DNA of 64,000 nt from an uncultured Chloroflexia bacterium (GCA_963724295.1 CAVRUC010000010.1:128001-192000); one strand, 5' to 3'. Shown: positions 9,991 to 21,991, counted from the stretch's first letter. Program-made: numbers and translations. The notes: generated by a model from the letters alone, not told the origin.

Positions 9991-10140
9991 AGTCGGTAAG
10001 TCGGTCAGTCGGTAAGTCGGCAAGGAAGAGCGCAGATGAGGGGTCGAGAAGAACTCGCGTCCAATCCCCCTCTTCCCCCGGGAGCGTAGCGACCCCCCTC
10101 AGCGCAGCGCCCCCCTGAGCGGAGCGGCACCCCCTCCGTC
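9991..10140. repeat. Composite intergenic element: AGTCGGTN array followed by CCCCC(T)GAG/GCGNAGC units
   Basis: Octamer array at 9991-10020, then GCGTAGC/GCGCAGC/GCGGAGC units with C-runs; similar layout at 58201-58385. Confidence 0.7.
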
Positions 10141-10196
10141 CGTACGCGCGTGCTACTATCGCCGTGAGGAGAGGCGGCACTGCGGACGAGACACGG

Positions 10197-12661
<2,465 letters not shown>

Positions 12662-12663
12662 TT

Positions 12664-12809
12664 GCTCCCTGCGGTCGCGGTGGTTGTTCGCTGCGCTCAC
12701 GGTGACAGGGTGGTTACTCGCTCCGCTCGTGGTGGCAGGGTGGCAAGGTATTGGGTCACGGTTCTCCCTGCCACCCTGCCACCCTGCCACCCTGCCACCC
12801 TGCCACCCT
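12664..12809. repeat. REP-like element with inverted GGTGGCAG / (CCCTGCCA)x5 octamer arrays
   Basis: Five CCCTGCCA units at 12766-12805; 12716-12745 is the exact reverse complement of 19973-20002. Confidence 0.85.
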
Positions 12810-12924
12810 CGTCTCACCCAGGACCGTTGACTCTGAGTCTCATATAGTCAAGCGCGCGATCACTCGATACAATGAATATGAGGCCGGAGCGGAGGGTCCG
12901 GCTGTGTGAAGGGGACAGGGATCG

Positions 12925-13653
12925 ATGCGGCTTCGAAGTCTACTCGTGTCTGCGTTGAGCGTGCTCATCGTACTCACCGGTGCTGGACTACCCATCGACG
13001 CCGTTTCCGCTCGCTCAGTCGATGCGGACTCCGCCTTCGTCGAGGTCCCGATCTACGTCCAGCAACGCAATCTCAGTTGCGAGTACGCCTCGCTGGTCAT
13101 CGCCCTGGGCGCGTACGACACCTGGGTCTCGGAATGGACCTTCGACGAACTGGTGCCCGCGTCCGATAACCCACACTGGGGATATCGTGGCGACATCAAC
13201 GGCGCCTGGGGCAACACTGTCGACTACGGTGTCTATCCCGAGCCGCTGGTTGGACCACTCGCGGAGCTCGGTTTCCGGGGCGAGGTGTTCTACGCCCAGG
13301 GTGACGCGAGCTCCCTGCAGCGTTATCTCGCCAACGGGGTGCCGGTCATCCTCTGGCTCGGCATGTGGGGCGACCAGAGTTACTACGAATATGCCGACGA
13401 CGGCACGCCCTACAAGATCAATCCGGGCTACCACGTCGTCGTCGCATACGGCTATGACGAGTCCGGAGTCTATGCGGTCGATCCGGCCACAGGGAACACC
13501 GTCTCCTGGTCGTGGGGCGACTTCATGTGGATGTGGGACGCCATGGACGGCATGTCGCTTGCGGTCTGGCCGCTGGCACGGGTGGAGACCACAGCAACCG
13601 ATCCTCCAGCCGAAGTGACTGCAAGCGACTCCACCACCGGCGTCTGCTGCTGA
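12925..13653 (+). CDS. Secreted peptidase C39-like protein
   Basis: Signal peptide; QQRNLSCEYAS (Cys), YHVVVAYGYD (His), VDP (Asp). Confidence 0.8.
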   Translation: MRLRSLLVSALSVLIVLTGAGLPIDAVSARSVDADSAFVEVPIYVQQRNLSCEYASLVIALGAYDTWVSEWTFDELVPASDNPHWGYRGDINGAWGNTVDYGVYPEPLVGPLAELGFRGEVFYAQGDASSLQRYLANGVPVILWLGMWGDQSYYEYADDGTPYKINPGYHVVVAYGYDESGVYAVDPATGNTVSWSWGDFMWMWDAMDGMSLAVWPLARVETTATDPPAEVTASDSTTGVCC

Positions 13654-13686
13654 GCTTTTCTTCCAAACGATCTTCGGCCATCCCCG

Positions 13687-14583
13687 CTATGCGCGTACGG
13701 GGCTGGACCGACCGATCACTTCGTCAAGCAACAGATTGAGGCTGGCCCGGTCGACAACTCCGGAGATGTAGTGATCGATCCCCATGCCAGCGAGCTGCTC
13801 CAGGAACGCGGGCAGCGCTTCCGGTAGCATCGCCATCGGGTGAGACTCTCGCAGGGCTGCCGGACCGAGCACCGTCTTCTCGATGGCTTCGTACGAACGT
13901 CCTTCCGCGTCGCAGTGCGCGCGCAGGACATCGAGCTTGTGCTGAAGCAGCGCGATCCCCTCGTCACCCGGCCTGGCGAAGAGGTTGCACGCGTCGGCAT
14001 AGCGGGCCACGAGGCGGAGCGTCTTCTGCTCACCAGAACCGCCGACCATGATGCGCGGATGCGGCCTGGAAATCGGCATCGGCTGACAGAGCGTCTCCGC
14101 AAGCCGGTAGTGCTTGCCAGCAAATGCGCCGGCTTCACCGGACCACATCTGGCTAGCGATCTGTAACGTCTCCTCCAGGCGCTCGAAGCGCTCGCCGACG
14201 GGCGGGAACGCCACACCGAGGGCAAGATGTTCGCGTTCGTACCAGCCAGCGCCAATCCCGAGCCAGGCCCGGCCACCGGAGAGCACGTCGAGCGTTGTTA
14301 CCGTCTTGACCAGGACTCCGGGATGGCGATACGTCACGCCCGTGACCAGTGTGCCGAGCGAGATGCGCTCGCTGATACCGGCGGCGAAGGCCAGTGCCGA
14401 GTACCCCTCGAGCATCGGCTCATCGGCTTCCCCGATCGACGGAATCTGGAAGAAGTGATCCATCACCCACAACGAATCCAGCCCGCCCTGGTCGGCGTCG
14501 CGGACCATTCCCGCAAACTCGGACGCGATGGCGGCGTCCCCTCCTGGTGTGACAAAACGCGGAATGGTTATGCCAAACTTCAT
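13687..14583 (-). CDS. LLM class F420-dependent oxidoreductase
   Basis: WVMDHFFQ, LGTLVTGVTYRHP, LDVLSGGR, GGSGEQKTLRLVARYADACN motifs. Confidence 0.92.
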   Translation of the reverse strand: MKFGITIPRFVTPGGDAAIASEFAGMVRDADQGGLDSLWVMDHFFQIPSIGEADEPMLEGYSALAFAAGISERISLGTLVTGVTYRHPGVLVKTVTTLDVLSGGRAWLGIGAGWYEREHLALGVAFPPVGERFERLEETLQIASQMWSGEAGAFAGKHYRLAETLCQPMPISRPHPRIMVGGSGEQKTLRLVARYADACNLFARPGDEGIALLQHKLDVLRAHCDAEGRSYEAIEKTVLGPAALRESHPMAMLPEALPAFLEQLAGMGIDHYISGVVDRASLNLLLDEVIGRSSPVRA

Positions 14584-14618
14584 CGAGACTCGTTCCTCTC
14601 CGTAGCACACCCCGGACC

Positions 14619-14681
14619 GTCAACAATTGTTGACTTGTCGTACGATAGACGCGGCGTGCGGATTTGTCAACGATTGTTGAC
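14619..14681. promoter_or_regulatory. Two TetR-type operator palindromes
   Basis: GTCAACAATTGTTGAC (14619-14634, perfect) and GTCAACGATTGTTGAC (14666-14681) between the divergent LLM gene and tetR. Confidence 0.8.
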
Positions 14682-14710
14682 TAACGGTGTTTCAAGGTCG
14701 GAGATTCGGG

Positions 14711-15310
14711 GTGAATGGGCACGACTGCAGCCAGGCAACCGAAGGAGCCTGTCCTCCGCCACGCGGGCGTAACGCAGCCGCCACCCGGCAGGCGATTCTC
14801 GATTCGGCGCGCTGGTGCTTCTCCCATGACGGCTACGACCAGGTCGGCGTACGCGACATCGCGGCGCGAGCAGGCGCAGATCCCGCGCTCGTCAATCGGT
14901 ACTTCGGGTCCAAAGAAGCGCTCTTCGCCGAAGCGGTCAGCGCCAAGTTCGATCTGAGCGAGCTTTTCGCCGGAGATCGCGCGACACTCGGCGGGCGTCT
15001 GGCGAGCTACGTCTTGCAGAAGAAGACGTCGTCCAATGGCTATGATCCGCTCATCGCGCTGCTGCGCTCGTCGTCAAGCGAGGTGGCCGGCGGCATGCTG
15101 CGCGATGCGCTCGTTGACAGGTTCGTGCGGCCGCTGGCAGCCCGCCTGGATGGCCCTGACGCGATGCCGCGAGCCGAGCTTGTGGGGTCGATCCTGCTCG
15201 GATTACTGGTCTACCGCACGATTGTCGGTGGCACCATGACGCAGAGTAACGAGCGGTTGATGGCATCGGTCACCCGGACACTGCAGACGCTGATCGATGG
15301 CGCTGCATAG
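14711..15310 (+). CDS. TetR family transcriptional regulator
   Basis: TRQAILDSARWCFSHDGYDQVGVRDIAARAGADPALVNRYFGSKEALF HTH. Confidence 0.92.
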   Translation: MNGHDCSQATEGACPPPRGRNAAATRQAILDSARWCFSHDGYDQVGVRDIAARAGADPALVNRYFGSKEALFAEAVSAKFDLSELFAGDRATLGGRLASYVLQKKTSSNGYDPLIALLRSSSSEVAGGMLRDALVDRFVRPLAARLDGPDAMPRAELVGSILLGLLVYRTIVGGTMTQSNERLMASVTRTLQTLIDGAA

Positions 15311-15337
15311 CACTCGACCACTGGCAGGGGAGGACGC

Positions 15338-16117
15338 ATGGAACCGTTGGCGGGCCGGGCGGCCCTGGTAACCGGCGCCGGCATTGGCATTGGTGAAGGA
15401 ATCGCCCGCGAGCTGGCGCGACAGGGGGCTCGCGTGGCGCTTCATTACGCTGGCAGCAGCGTTGGCGCCCACGCGGCCATGGCGGAGATCACCGCGGCCG
15501 GCGGTGAGGCGATCGCGGTGCAGGGCGATCTGCGGTACGTCGACGACTGCGAACGCGTGGTCGCGGAGGCAACTGACGCATTCGGGGGATTGGACATCCT
15601 CGTCAACAACGCGGGTGTCACCCGGGCTGGCACGATCGAGGAGACGACCGAAGCCCTCTACGACGAGATGTTCGACCTGAACATGAAGGGCTACTTCTTT
15701 TGCGCTCGCGCCGCGCTTCCCACGTTGGAACGCTCCGGACACGGCTCCATCATCAACATCACCTCGATCCATGGCGGCGCGGGATTCCCGAACCATGCCG
15801 CCTACGCGGGGACCAAAGGCGCCGTCATCGGATTCACGCGATCACTTGCCATCGAGCTGGCGCCCAGGCACGTGCGGGTGAACGCTATCGGTCCCGGTGT
15901 CATCGAAGTGCCTCGCTACTTCGACATGCCGGGCTACACGACCGAGTTCGGCAACACGCTGATCCCGTGGGGGCGCGTCGGGCACCCGAGCGACATTGCC
16001 CCAGCCGTCGCGTTTCTGGCAGGCGATGGCGCCGACTTCATTACCGGGCAAACGCTCTACGTGGATGGCGGCACGAACGCGCGCATGGGTCTTTTCTGGG
16101 AGAGCCCGGCCCAGTAG
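15338..16117 (+). CDS. Short-chain dehydrogenase/reductase
   Basis: TGAGIGIG, NNAG, YAGTK, ITGQTLYVDGG motifs. Confidence 0.95.
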   Translation: MEPLAGRAALVTGAGIGIGEGIARELARQGARVALHYAGSSVGAHAAMAEITAAGGEAIAVQGDLRYVDDCERVVAEATDAFGGLDILVNNAGVTRAGTIEETTEALYDEMFDLNMKGYFFCARAALPTLERSGHGSIINITSIHGGAGFPNHAAYAGTKGAVIGFTRSLAIELAPRHVRVNAIGPGVIEVPRYFDMPGYTTEFGNTLIPWGRVGHPSDIAPAVAFLAGDGADFITGQTLYVDGGTNARMGLFWESPAQ

Positions 16118-16154
16118 CCGTACGGACCCTGTGCGGGGTGTCCTGGACCCCACG

Positions 16155-16733
16155 ATGATCCCCGGCGAGACGATCAATCTGCGCGCGGTCGAACGTCACG
16201 ATGTGCCTCTGCTCCACGGTTGGTTCAATGATCCAGCCCTGATGGACGGCTGGGGCTGGAGTGCTCCAGCTCGCTCGATCCAGCATGTGGCGGAGCAGGT
16301 CGAGGACTGGCTGGCGCGGGAGGCGGCGTTCGATCGGCCGGAGGCGCTCATCGCCGAATCGCTCGCGGGCGACCCCATCGGTCTGGTCGTCGCACGCGTC
16401 GACCGGCCAGAAGCCCGCTCCGTCGAGCTCTCGCTTCTGGTCGACGCCGGCTACTGGAGTCAAGGATTCGGAATGGACATGATGCAGACCATTCTCGACG
16501 CTTGCTTCGCCGGGTGGGGAGTCCACCGGATCGGCGTTCGTGTCGAAGAAGGCAATGAGCGCGCCCTGGCTCTCTACCGCCGCCTTGGCTTCAAGAAGGA
16601 GGGCCGCTTACGCCAGGCCGCGTTTCGGGATGGCCGGCACCAGGACGTGCTCCTGCTGGGGCAACTTGCCGCGGAATGGGCCGCCCGTGAGGATCGAGCA
16701 CGTTCACCACGGTTCACTGAGCGGGATCGATAA
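16155..16733 (+). CDS. GNAT family N-acetyltransferase (RimJ/RimL-like)
   Basis: INLRAVE, YWSQGFG, NERALALYRRLGFKKEGRLR. Confidence 0.88.
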   Translation: MIPGETINLRAVERHDVPLLHGWFNDPALMDGWGWSAPARSIQHVAEQVEDWLAREAAFDRPEALIAESLAGDPIGLVVARVDRPEARSVELSLLVDAGYWSQGFGMDMMQTILDACFAGWGVHRIGVRVEEGNERALALYRRLGFKKEGRLRQAAFRDGRHQDVLLLGQLAAEWAAREDRARSPRFTERDR

Positions 16734-17034
16734 GACCCTTGCCGGCAACGGGCTCGAGCGTGAACCGTTCTCCGAACCCGGCGATCAGCGGCCTGGCGCG
16801 GGCGATGACGGCTTTCACGTCATCACCGGCCAGCGAGGCGGCGTGATCCGCTTCGCTGCGCCAGACCTCGGTGACCCAGATCCCATCCGGGTCGTCCGGC
16901 ATCGTGTTTACGATCCAGACCTCGCAACCAGGCAGGTCCGCGACGAGATCAGCGGCCTCCAGGAGAATCTCGAGTAGCGCCTCCCGCTGCCCCGGCTGCG
17001 CCTTCATGATTCCGCAAAGCCCGTATCGACTCAC
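16714..17034 (-). CDS. Antibiotic biosynthesis monooxygenase (ABM) family protein
   Basis: AQPGQREAL...PGC...IWVTEVWRSEADHAASL; strong RBS. Confidence 0.85.
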   Translation of the reverse strand: MSRYGLCGIMKAQPGQREALLEILLEAADLVADLPGCEVWIVNTMPDDPDGIWVTEVWRSEADHAASLAGDDVKAVIARARPLIAGFGERFTLEPVAGKGLIDPAQ

Positions 17035-17073
17035 TGCTCCCCTCCTGATGCCGCTCGCTGCCCGGCCCGGTAT

Positions 17074-17394
17074 TCACGCCGCCGGTCGCATGACTCGTGG
17101 ATTGAGCTGGATGCTGAGCCCGAGTATCAGGCCAAAGACGATCCAGCAGAGCACGACCAGCAGCGCCACGCCGGCGATCTGGATCAGCGCGGTCTTCAGG
17201 GCTTGAGCGGTATCGTAAGTCTCCGGAATCGTCCGCCGGTCGATATAGACTGCGCTCATGCCGGCCCCGACGAACGGGATGAGCGCCAGCAGCGCCCCGA
17301 ATACCAGCGTCTTCCACGCCGGTCGGGGGCGCTCGGGCGGGAGATAGGGACCCGTGGTGAAACCGAACTCCGTCGGTGTGCGCAATCGATCCAT
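17074..17394 (-). CDS. Small two-TM hypothetical membrane protein
   Basis: GGAGG RBS; two hydrophobic segments. Confidence 0.65.
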   Translation of the reverse strand: MDRLRTPTEFGFTTGPYLPPERPRPAWKTLVFGALLALIPFVGAGMSAVYIDRRTIPETYDTAQALKTALIQIAGVALLVVLCWIVFGLILGLSIQLNPRVMRPAA

Positions 17395-17493
17395 GTCGCC
17401 TCCGGTGGCATGCGCGGAGCCGCGCGGGGCGCCGCGTCCGCGATGCTACCCGACACACGCCCAGCAAGGACGATCACGACGGAAACCAGTCGT

Positions 17494-18171
17494 ATGACAA
17501 CCAGCGTGCAACCGCAACTCGCCCAGGACCCCGGCGAGCCTTTCGACGTCATCACCGCCGCCGGCAAGCCCACCGGCCGGGTGAAATCACGTGCCGAGGT
17601 GCACCGCGACGGTGACTGGCACCGAGCGATCCACGTCTGGGTGGCCGGAGTGGACGAGCACGGCGTGTCGTTTCTGACGGTGCAGCGCCGCTCGCCCGAC
17701 AAGGACACCTGGCCGGGTCACTTCGACGCCACCGTGGGCGGCCACTACCGCGCGGGCGAAACGCTGGCCGAGACCCTGCGCGAGGTCGAAGAGGAGATAG
17801 GCGTTACCCCCAACCTGCAGGATCTGCGACCCCTTGGCGTCCGCGTCTGCGCCAACGAAGCCCAGCCGGGAATCGTCGACCGGGAGATCCAGGACGTGTT
17901 CCTCTTGCGCGACGATCGGCCCTTGGAAAACTTCCGGCCTAACCCCGCCGAATTGGCCGCTCTCGTCCGTTTCCCGCTGGAGACCCTGGTGCCATTCCTC
18001 GCCGGCGAGAGTTCCGAGATCGGCGGCCAGTCACGAACGCCGGCGGCTACCCGAGCCGAACCCATCACCGCCCGGACCGACGATTTCATCCCCACTGTCG
18101 ATCGCTACTTCCTGCGCATCGCCATCGCGGCCCAGCAGGTGTTGCGCGGGGAGCGCTACGTCGCCGTCTGA
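17494..18171 (+). CDS. NUDIX hydrolase (IDI-like subgroup)
   Basis: VHRDGDWHRAIHVWV, QRRS..KDTWPG, GGHYRAGE...REVEEEIG Nudix box. Confidence 0.88.
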   Translation: MTTSVQPQLAQDPGEPFDVITAAGKPTGRVKSRAEVHRDGDWHRAIHVWVAGVDEHGVSFLTVQRRSPDKDTWPGHFDATVGGHYRAGETLAETLREVEEEIGVTPNLQDLRPLGVRVCANEAQPGIVDREIQDVFLLRDDRPLENFRPNPAELAALVRFPLETLVPFLAGESSEIGGQSRTPAATRAEPITARTDDFIPTVDRYFLRIAIAAQQVLRGERYVAV

Positions 18172-18262
18172 ATCACCCCCGATCTTCTCCGCGACATGTC
18201 GGGGTATCCTCCAAGCTGGCCGGTGCATCGCCGTGCGGAGCACGGGAGTCGAAGGTGGCGGC

Positions 18263-19408
18263 ATGGCAATTTCCCAGGAAGACCTGACGACGCTGACTGC
18301 CGACCTCGTGGCAATCGATTCGACCAACCCTGATCTGGTCCCAGGCGGCGCCGGCGAAGCGGAAATCGCGCGGTTCGTCGCCGGCTGGCTCGAGCGCGCG
18401 GGACTCGACGTCGACGTGTACGAGCTCGGTCCCAGCCGCGCCAATGTGATCGCGATTGCCCGCGGCAGCGGCGGCGGCCGATCGCTCATGCTCAACGCGC
18501 ACATGGACGTCGTCGGCGCGGGTGGCATGGCCGAGCCCTGGACGCCGCGTATCGACGGCACGCGACTCTACGGACGCGGCGCCTACGACATGAAGGCCAG
18601 CCTCGCCGCGATCATGCTCGCTGGCCGCGAAGCAACCAGACTCCAGCTGCGCGGCGACGTGATCGTCACCGCCGTCGCCGACGAAGAGTTCGCCTCGATC
18701 GGCGTTCAGGACGTCGTCCGCCACAAGCGGGCGGATGCGGCGATCGTCACCGAACCGACCGGGCTCGATCTTTGCGTAGCCCATAAGGGATTCGTCTGGC
18801 TGGAGGTGGAAACACACGGCGTGGCATCACACGGATCGCTCCCGGAAGAAGGCGTCGACGCCATCGCCAAGATGGGTCCGGTGCTGACCGGACTCGCTGA
18901 CCTCGATCGCGAACTGAGGTCGCGGCCGGGTCACGCCTTGCTGGGACCGGCCTCGATCCATGCCTCGCTCATCCAGGGCGGTCAGGAGCTTTCCACCTAC
19001 CCGGCCCACTGTCTGCTCTCGATCGAGCGGCGCACGATTCCCGGGGAAACGATCGCCGAGATCGAAAGGCAGATCGCGGACATGCTCGCCCATGCCGCCG
19101 CGGCTGATTCCTCATTCCAGGCTGAGCAGCGCACCCTTCTCGTACGCGCCCTCTTCGGCGTGGGTCTGGATCAACCGATTGTCGACCTCGCGCAACGGCA
19201 CCTCGCGCGCGCAATCGGCCGGGAACCGGAGATCGTGGGAGCCGGCGGGTGGATGGATTCAGCGTTCCTTGCCGCCGCGGACATCCCGACGGTGATCTTC
19301 GGACCGGACGGCGAGGGCGCTCACGCCGACGTCGAGTGGGTCGATCTGGTGAGCGCAGCGCGCACCGCGGACGCGCTCCTCGGCATCATTATGGAGTTCT
19401 GTGCGTGA
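18263..19408 (+). CDS. M20 family (ArgE/DapE-like) deacylase
   Basis: LNAHMDVV, GRGAYDMK, ADEE, EPT, HGS, AHADVEWV. Confidence 0.92.
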   Translation: MAISQEDLTTLTADLVAIDSTNPDLVPGGAGEAEIARFVAGWLERAGLDVDVYELGPSRANVIAIARGSGGGRSLMLNAHMDVVGAGGMAEPWTPRIDGTRLYGRGAYDMKASLAAIMLAGREATRLQLRGDVIVTAVADEEFASIGVQDVVRHKRADAAIVTEPTGLDLCVAHKGFVWLEVETHGVASHGSLPEEGVDAIAKMGPVLTGLADLDRELRSRPGHALLGPASIHASLIQGGQELSTYPAHCLLSIERRTIPGETIAEIERQIADMLAHAAAADSSFQAEQRTLLVRALFGVGLDQPIVDLAQRHLARAIGREPEIVGAGGWMDSAFLAAADIPTVIFGPDGEGAHADVEWVDLVSAARTADALLGIIMEFCA

Positions 19409-19949
19409 GGAACGCGATCGAGCGCCAGGGCATCGTATGAGCGAATTGCGCGATCCCTATGAACCGATGGCAACCGAGGCAAACGGACTCGGCCCCGCGG
19501 ACGTGATTGCCCGCGCTCGCGAGGCGCTGGCGCCGGTACGCAACGCGTTGGAGCGGGCGGGGTTCTATGCCTACGGCACTATTGACGACGAGAATCGCTG
19601 GGTCATCAGCGCCGACGACGAGGCCGGACACGTCGACGTCCGGGTCGGTCCGGACGGGTATCAACTCGAGCTCTGGAGCACCGTCCCGGGTCTCTTCAGC
19701 GAAGAGGAGAATGACTTCCGCCGGCGCGCGATGGAGCGCCTCGCCCGCATGAGCATCCCCGCCGTGCGGCAGGGATTCCTGGCGCCAAACCAATCCGCCT
19801 GGTGGGACGAGACCGAAGGCGGCCCCGGCGCTCGCATCGCTTACGATCTGCCATTCACCGCCGCCGACCAGGTCGGGATATTCGCTCGAGAGCGCCTGCC
19901 GGAGCTGGAGAAGCTCCTTGACTTCATCGCGACGCAAGTCGCGACGTAG
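19401..19949 (+). CDS. Hypothetical alpha/beta protein
   Basis: Strong GC3 codon bias; abuts the M20 gene; start at 19401 or 19437. Confidence 0.7.
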   Translation: MREERDRAPGHRMSELRDPYEPMATEANGLGPADVIARAREALAPVRNALERAGFYAYGTIDDENRWVISADDEAGHVDVRVGPDGYQLELWSTVPGLFSEEENDFRRRAMERLARMSIPAVRQGFLAPNQSAWWDETEGGPGARIAYDLPFTAADQVGIFARERLPELEKLLDFIATQVAT

Positions 19950-20017
19950 GGTGACGGGGTCATCGTTCTCCCTGCCACCCTGCCACCACGAGCGGAGCGA
20001 GTCATCACCCATCACCC
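19950..20017. repeat. Second copy of the CCCTGCCA/GCGGAGC REP-like element
   Basis: 30-bp inverted and 23-bp direct identity with the 12716-12783 region. Confidence 0.8.
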
Positions 20018-21991
20018 AACGTGAATTGCCGGCCGGGTCTTGGGGTTGGGCTCGGTCTGACGCAGGATCTCGCGGGTCACGGGAGCGATGTCTCCCTCGC
20101 CGAAGATGACGAAGCGGGCCAGGTACTTCAGCGGGTTCCCCTCGGTCCAGCCGAAGTAGGCGTGCGGTTTCTTCCCCGTCCGGTCCCGGATGGCCAGCAG
20201 CGTAGCCGCCAGCCCGTTGGGGACGGACGCGCTCTCGACCTGGAGCACCCGGAACCCCGAAATCTCTTCCCCACTTACCTTGACGTTCGAGGCGAAGTCC
20301 GAGGCATCTTTCACCGTCACCTCGAGGAAGAGCACGGAATCGCCTGCCGGGATGTGGCTCGCCTCGCGCTCCTCCCGCTCCTTGACCAGGTACTCCCGGG
20401 TATTTCGCTCGTCCGGGTGATTGGCGATCAAACGCAAGGAGCCGCGCTTGGCCGCCTCCCGGATGAATCGATCGGCGGTCTCGTCCAACTCGACCTCGGT
20501 GGCGCGTAGCTCCGTCGCGCGCACGACCCGGGAGACCAGCGAGATGATGACGATCATGGCAAAGAAGATCGCCGCCATCTTCAGACCACTTGGATTCTCG
20601 AAGATCGTGTTGAGAAACGCGTAGATGAAAATCACCATGAAGGCGCCGAACCAGATGATCGGTCCCCGCTCCTTCTTGCGCCATTCCGAGAGGAAAACCG
20701 CGACCGAGGCCGAGGTAATCACCGCCAGGACGCCGGTCGCATACGGCCCGGCCTGGGCGTTGATATCGGCTTGAAAGAGGATCGTCACCGCGAAACAGAG
20801 GACCGTGTAGAGGATGACCAGCGGTCGCGTGGCTCGCGTCCAATCGGGCGCCATGCCGTAGCGCGGGAGGTAGCGGGGCACGATGTTGAGCAGGCCGGCC
20901 ATCGCCGAGGCGCCGGCAAACCAGAGGATCAGGATCGTCGAGGCATCGTAGAGCGTGCCGAAGACATCGCCGAGATATTCGTGCGCGAGAAAGGCCAGTG
21001 CGCGGCCATTCGCCTCGCCACCTTCTTCAAAGGCCTCATGCGGGATGAGCAGTGTCGAAACCAGACTGCTGGAGATGAGCATCACGCTCATGATCGAGGC
21101 GGCGACCGTGAGCAGCTTACCCGTGTTCCGGATGCGGCACTCCGGCCACCGCGGATCGTCAGTTGCGCAGCCCTTGACCAGCGGCATGACCACGACACCG
21201 GTTTCGAATCCGGATAGACCAAGCGCCAGGCGCGGAAACAGAAAAATCGCGGTCAGGGCCATAGCGACCGGACTGCTGTATTCGAGCTGAAGTGAAGCGC
21301 GCCAGTTGCCGAGAAGTTCTGGGTGCAACCCGATCTCCCAATAGGCACGAGCGAGCACCACGACGTTGAGGGAGAGGTAGAGCGCCACGATGCCGACGGC
21401 CAGACCGATGGCTTCCGAGAACCCGCGCAGGAAGAAGATACCGAGCAACAAGATCAGGCCGAGGGTGATCGGGATCTCATGACCCACGAGGAAGTGGCCG
21501 AACGGGTTTTCGATGATATGAGCCGCGGCGTCAGAGGCGGAGATCGTGATCGTCACTACGAACGCGGTCAGCACGAAGCTGATCAGCACCAGAACCAGGA
21601 TCTTGCCCTGCCACCAGGAGAGCAGCCGCTCCAGCATCGAGATCGATCCGTCGCCATGGGGGCTCTCCGCGGCGACGCGCCGGTACATGGGCAGCGCGCC
21701 GAGGAGGGTCACGAGCACCAGGACCAGGGTCGCTATCGGGGCCAGGGATGCGGCGGCGAGTGCGGCGATGCCCGGCTGGTACCCGAGAGTCGAGAAGTAA
21801 TCGACGCCGGTCAAGCACATCACCTGCCACCAGGAGTGCTTGTGTGCTCCCTGCTCCGATGTGTGCGGACCCTCCAGATCTTCGGGTTGACCGTGGAGCA
21901 TCCACCGGCGCACGCCACCGTTTGCTGGGATCGACTTTTGTGGTCCGACCCGGACGGTTGTACTGGCGTCGACTGACACGCTGTCCCCCAC
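20012..21991 (-). CDS. APC-superfamily transporter with cytoplasmic C-terminal domain (KimA-like K+ transporter candidate)
   Basis: About 12 TMs; MCLTGVDYFSTLGYQPG and LSGFETGVVVMP motifs; soluble C-terminus. Confidence 0.8.
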   Translation of the reverse strand: MGDSVSVDASTTVRVGPQKSIPANGGVRRWMLHGQPEDLEGPHTSEQGAHKHSWWQVMCLTGVDYFSTLGYQPGIAALAAASLAPIATLVLVLVTLLGALPMYRRVAAESPHGDGSISMLERLLSWWQGKILVLVLISFVLTAFVVTITISASDAAAHIIENPFGHFLVGHEIPITLGLILLLGIFFLRGFSEAIGLAVGIVALYLSLNVVVLARAYWEIGLHPELLGNWRASLQLEYSSPVAMALTAIFLFPRLALGLSGFETGVVVMPLVKGCATDDPRWPECRIRNTGKLLTVAASIMSVMLISSSLVSTLLIPHEAFEEGGEANGRALAFLAHEYLGDVFGTLYDASTILILWFAGASAMAGLLNIVPRYLPRYGMAPDWTRATRPLVILYTVLCFAVTILFQADINAQAGPYATGVLAVITSASVAVFLSEWRKKERGPIIWFGAFMVIFIYAFLNTIFENPSGLKMAAIFFAMIVIISLVSRVVRATELRATEVELDETADRFIREAAKRGSLRLIANHPDERNTREYLVKEREEREASHIPAGDSVLFLEVTVKDASDFASNVKVSGEEISGFRVLQVESASVPNGLAATLLAIRDRTGKKPHAYFGWTEGNPLKYLARFVIFGEGDIAPVTREILRQTEPNPKTRPAIHVG

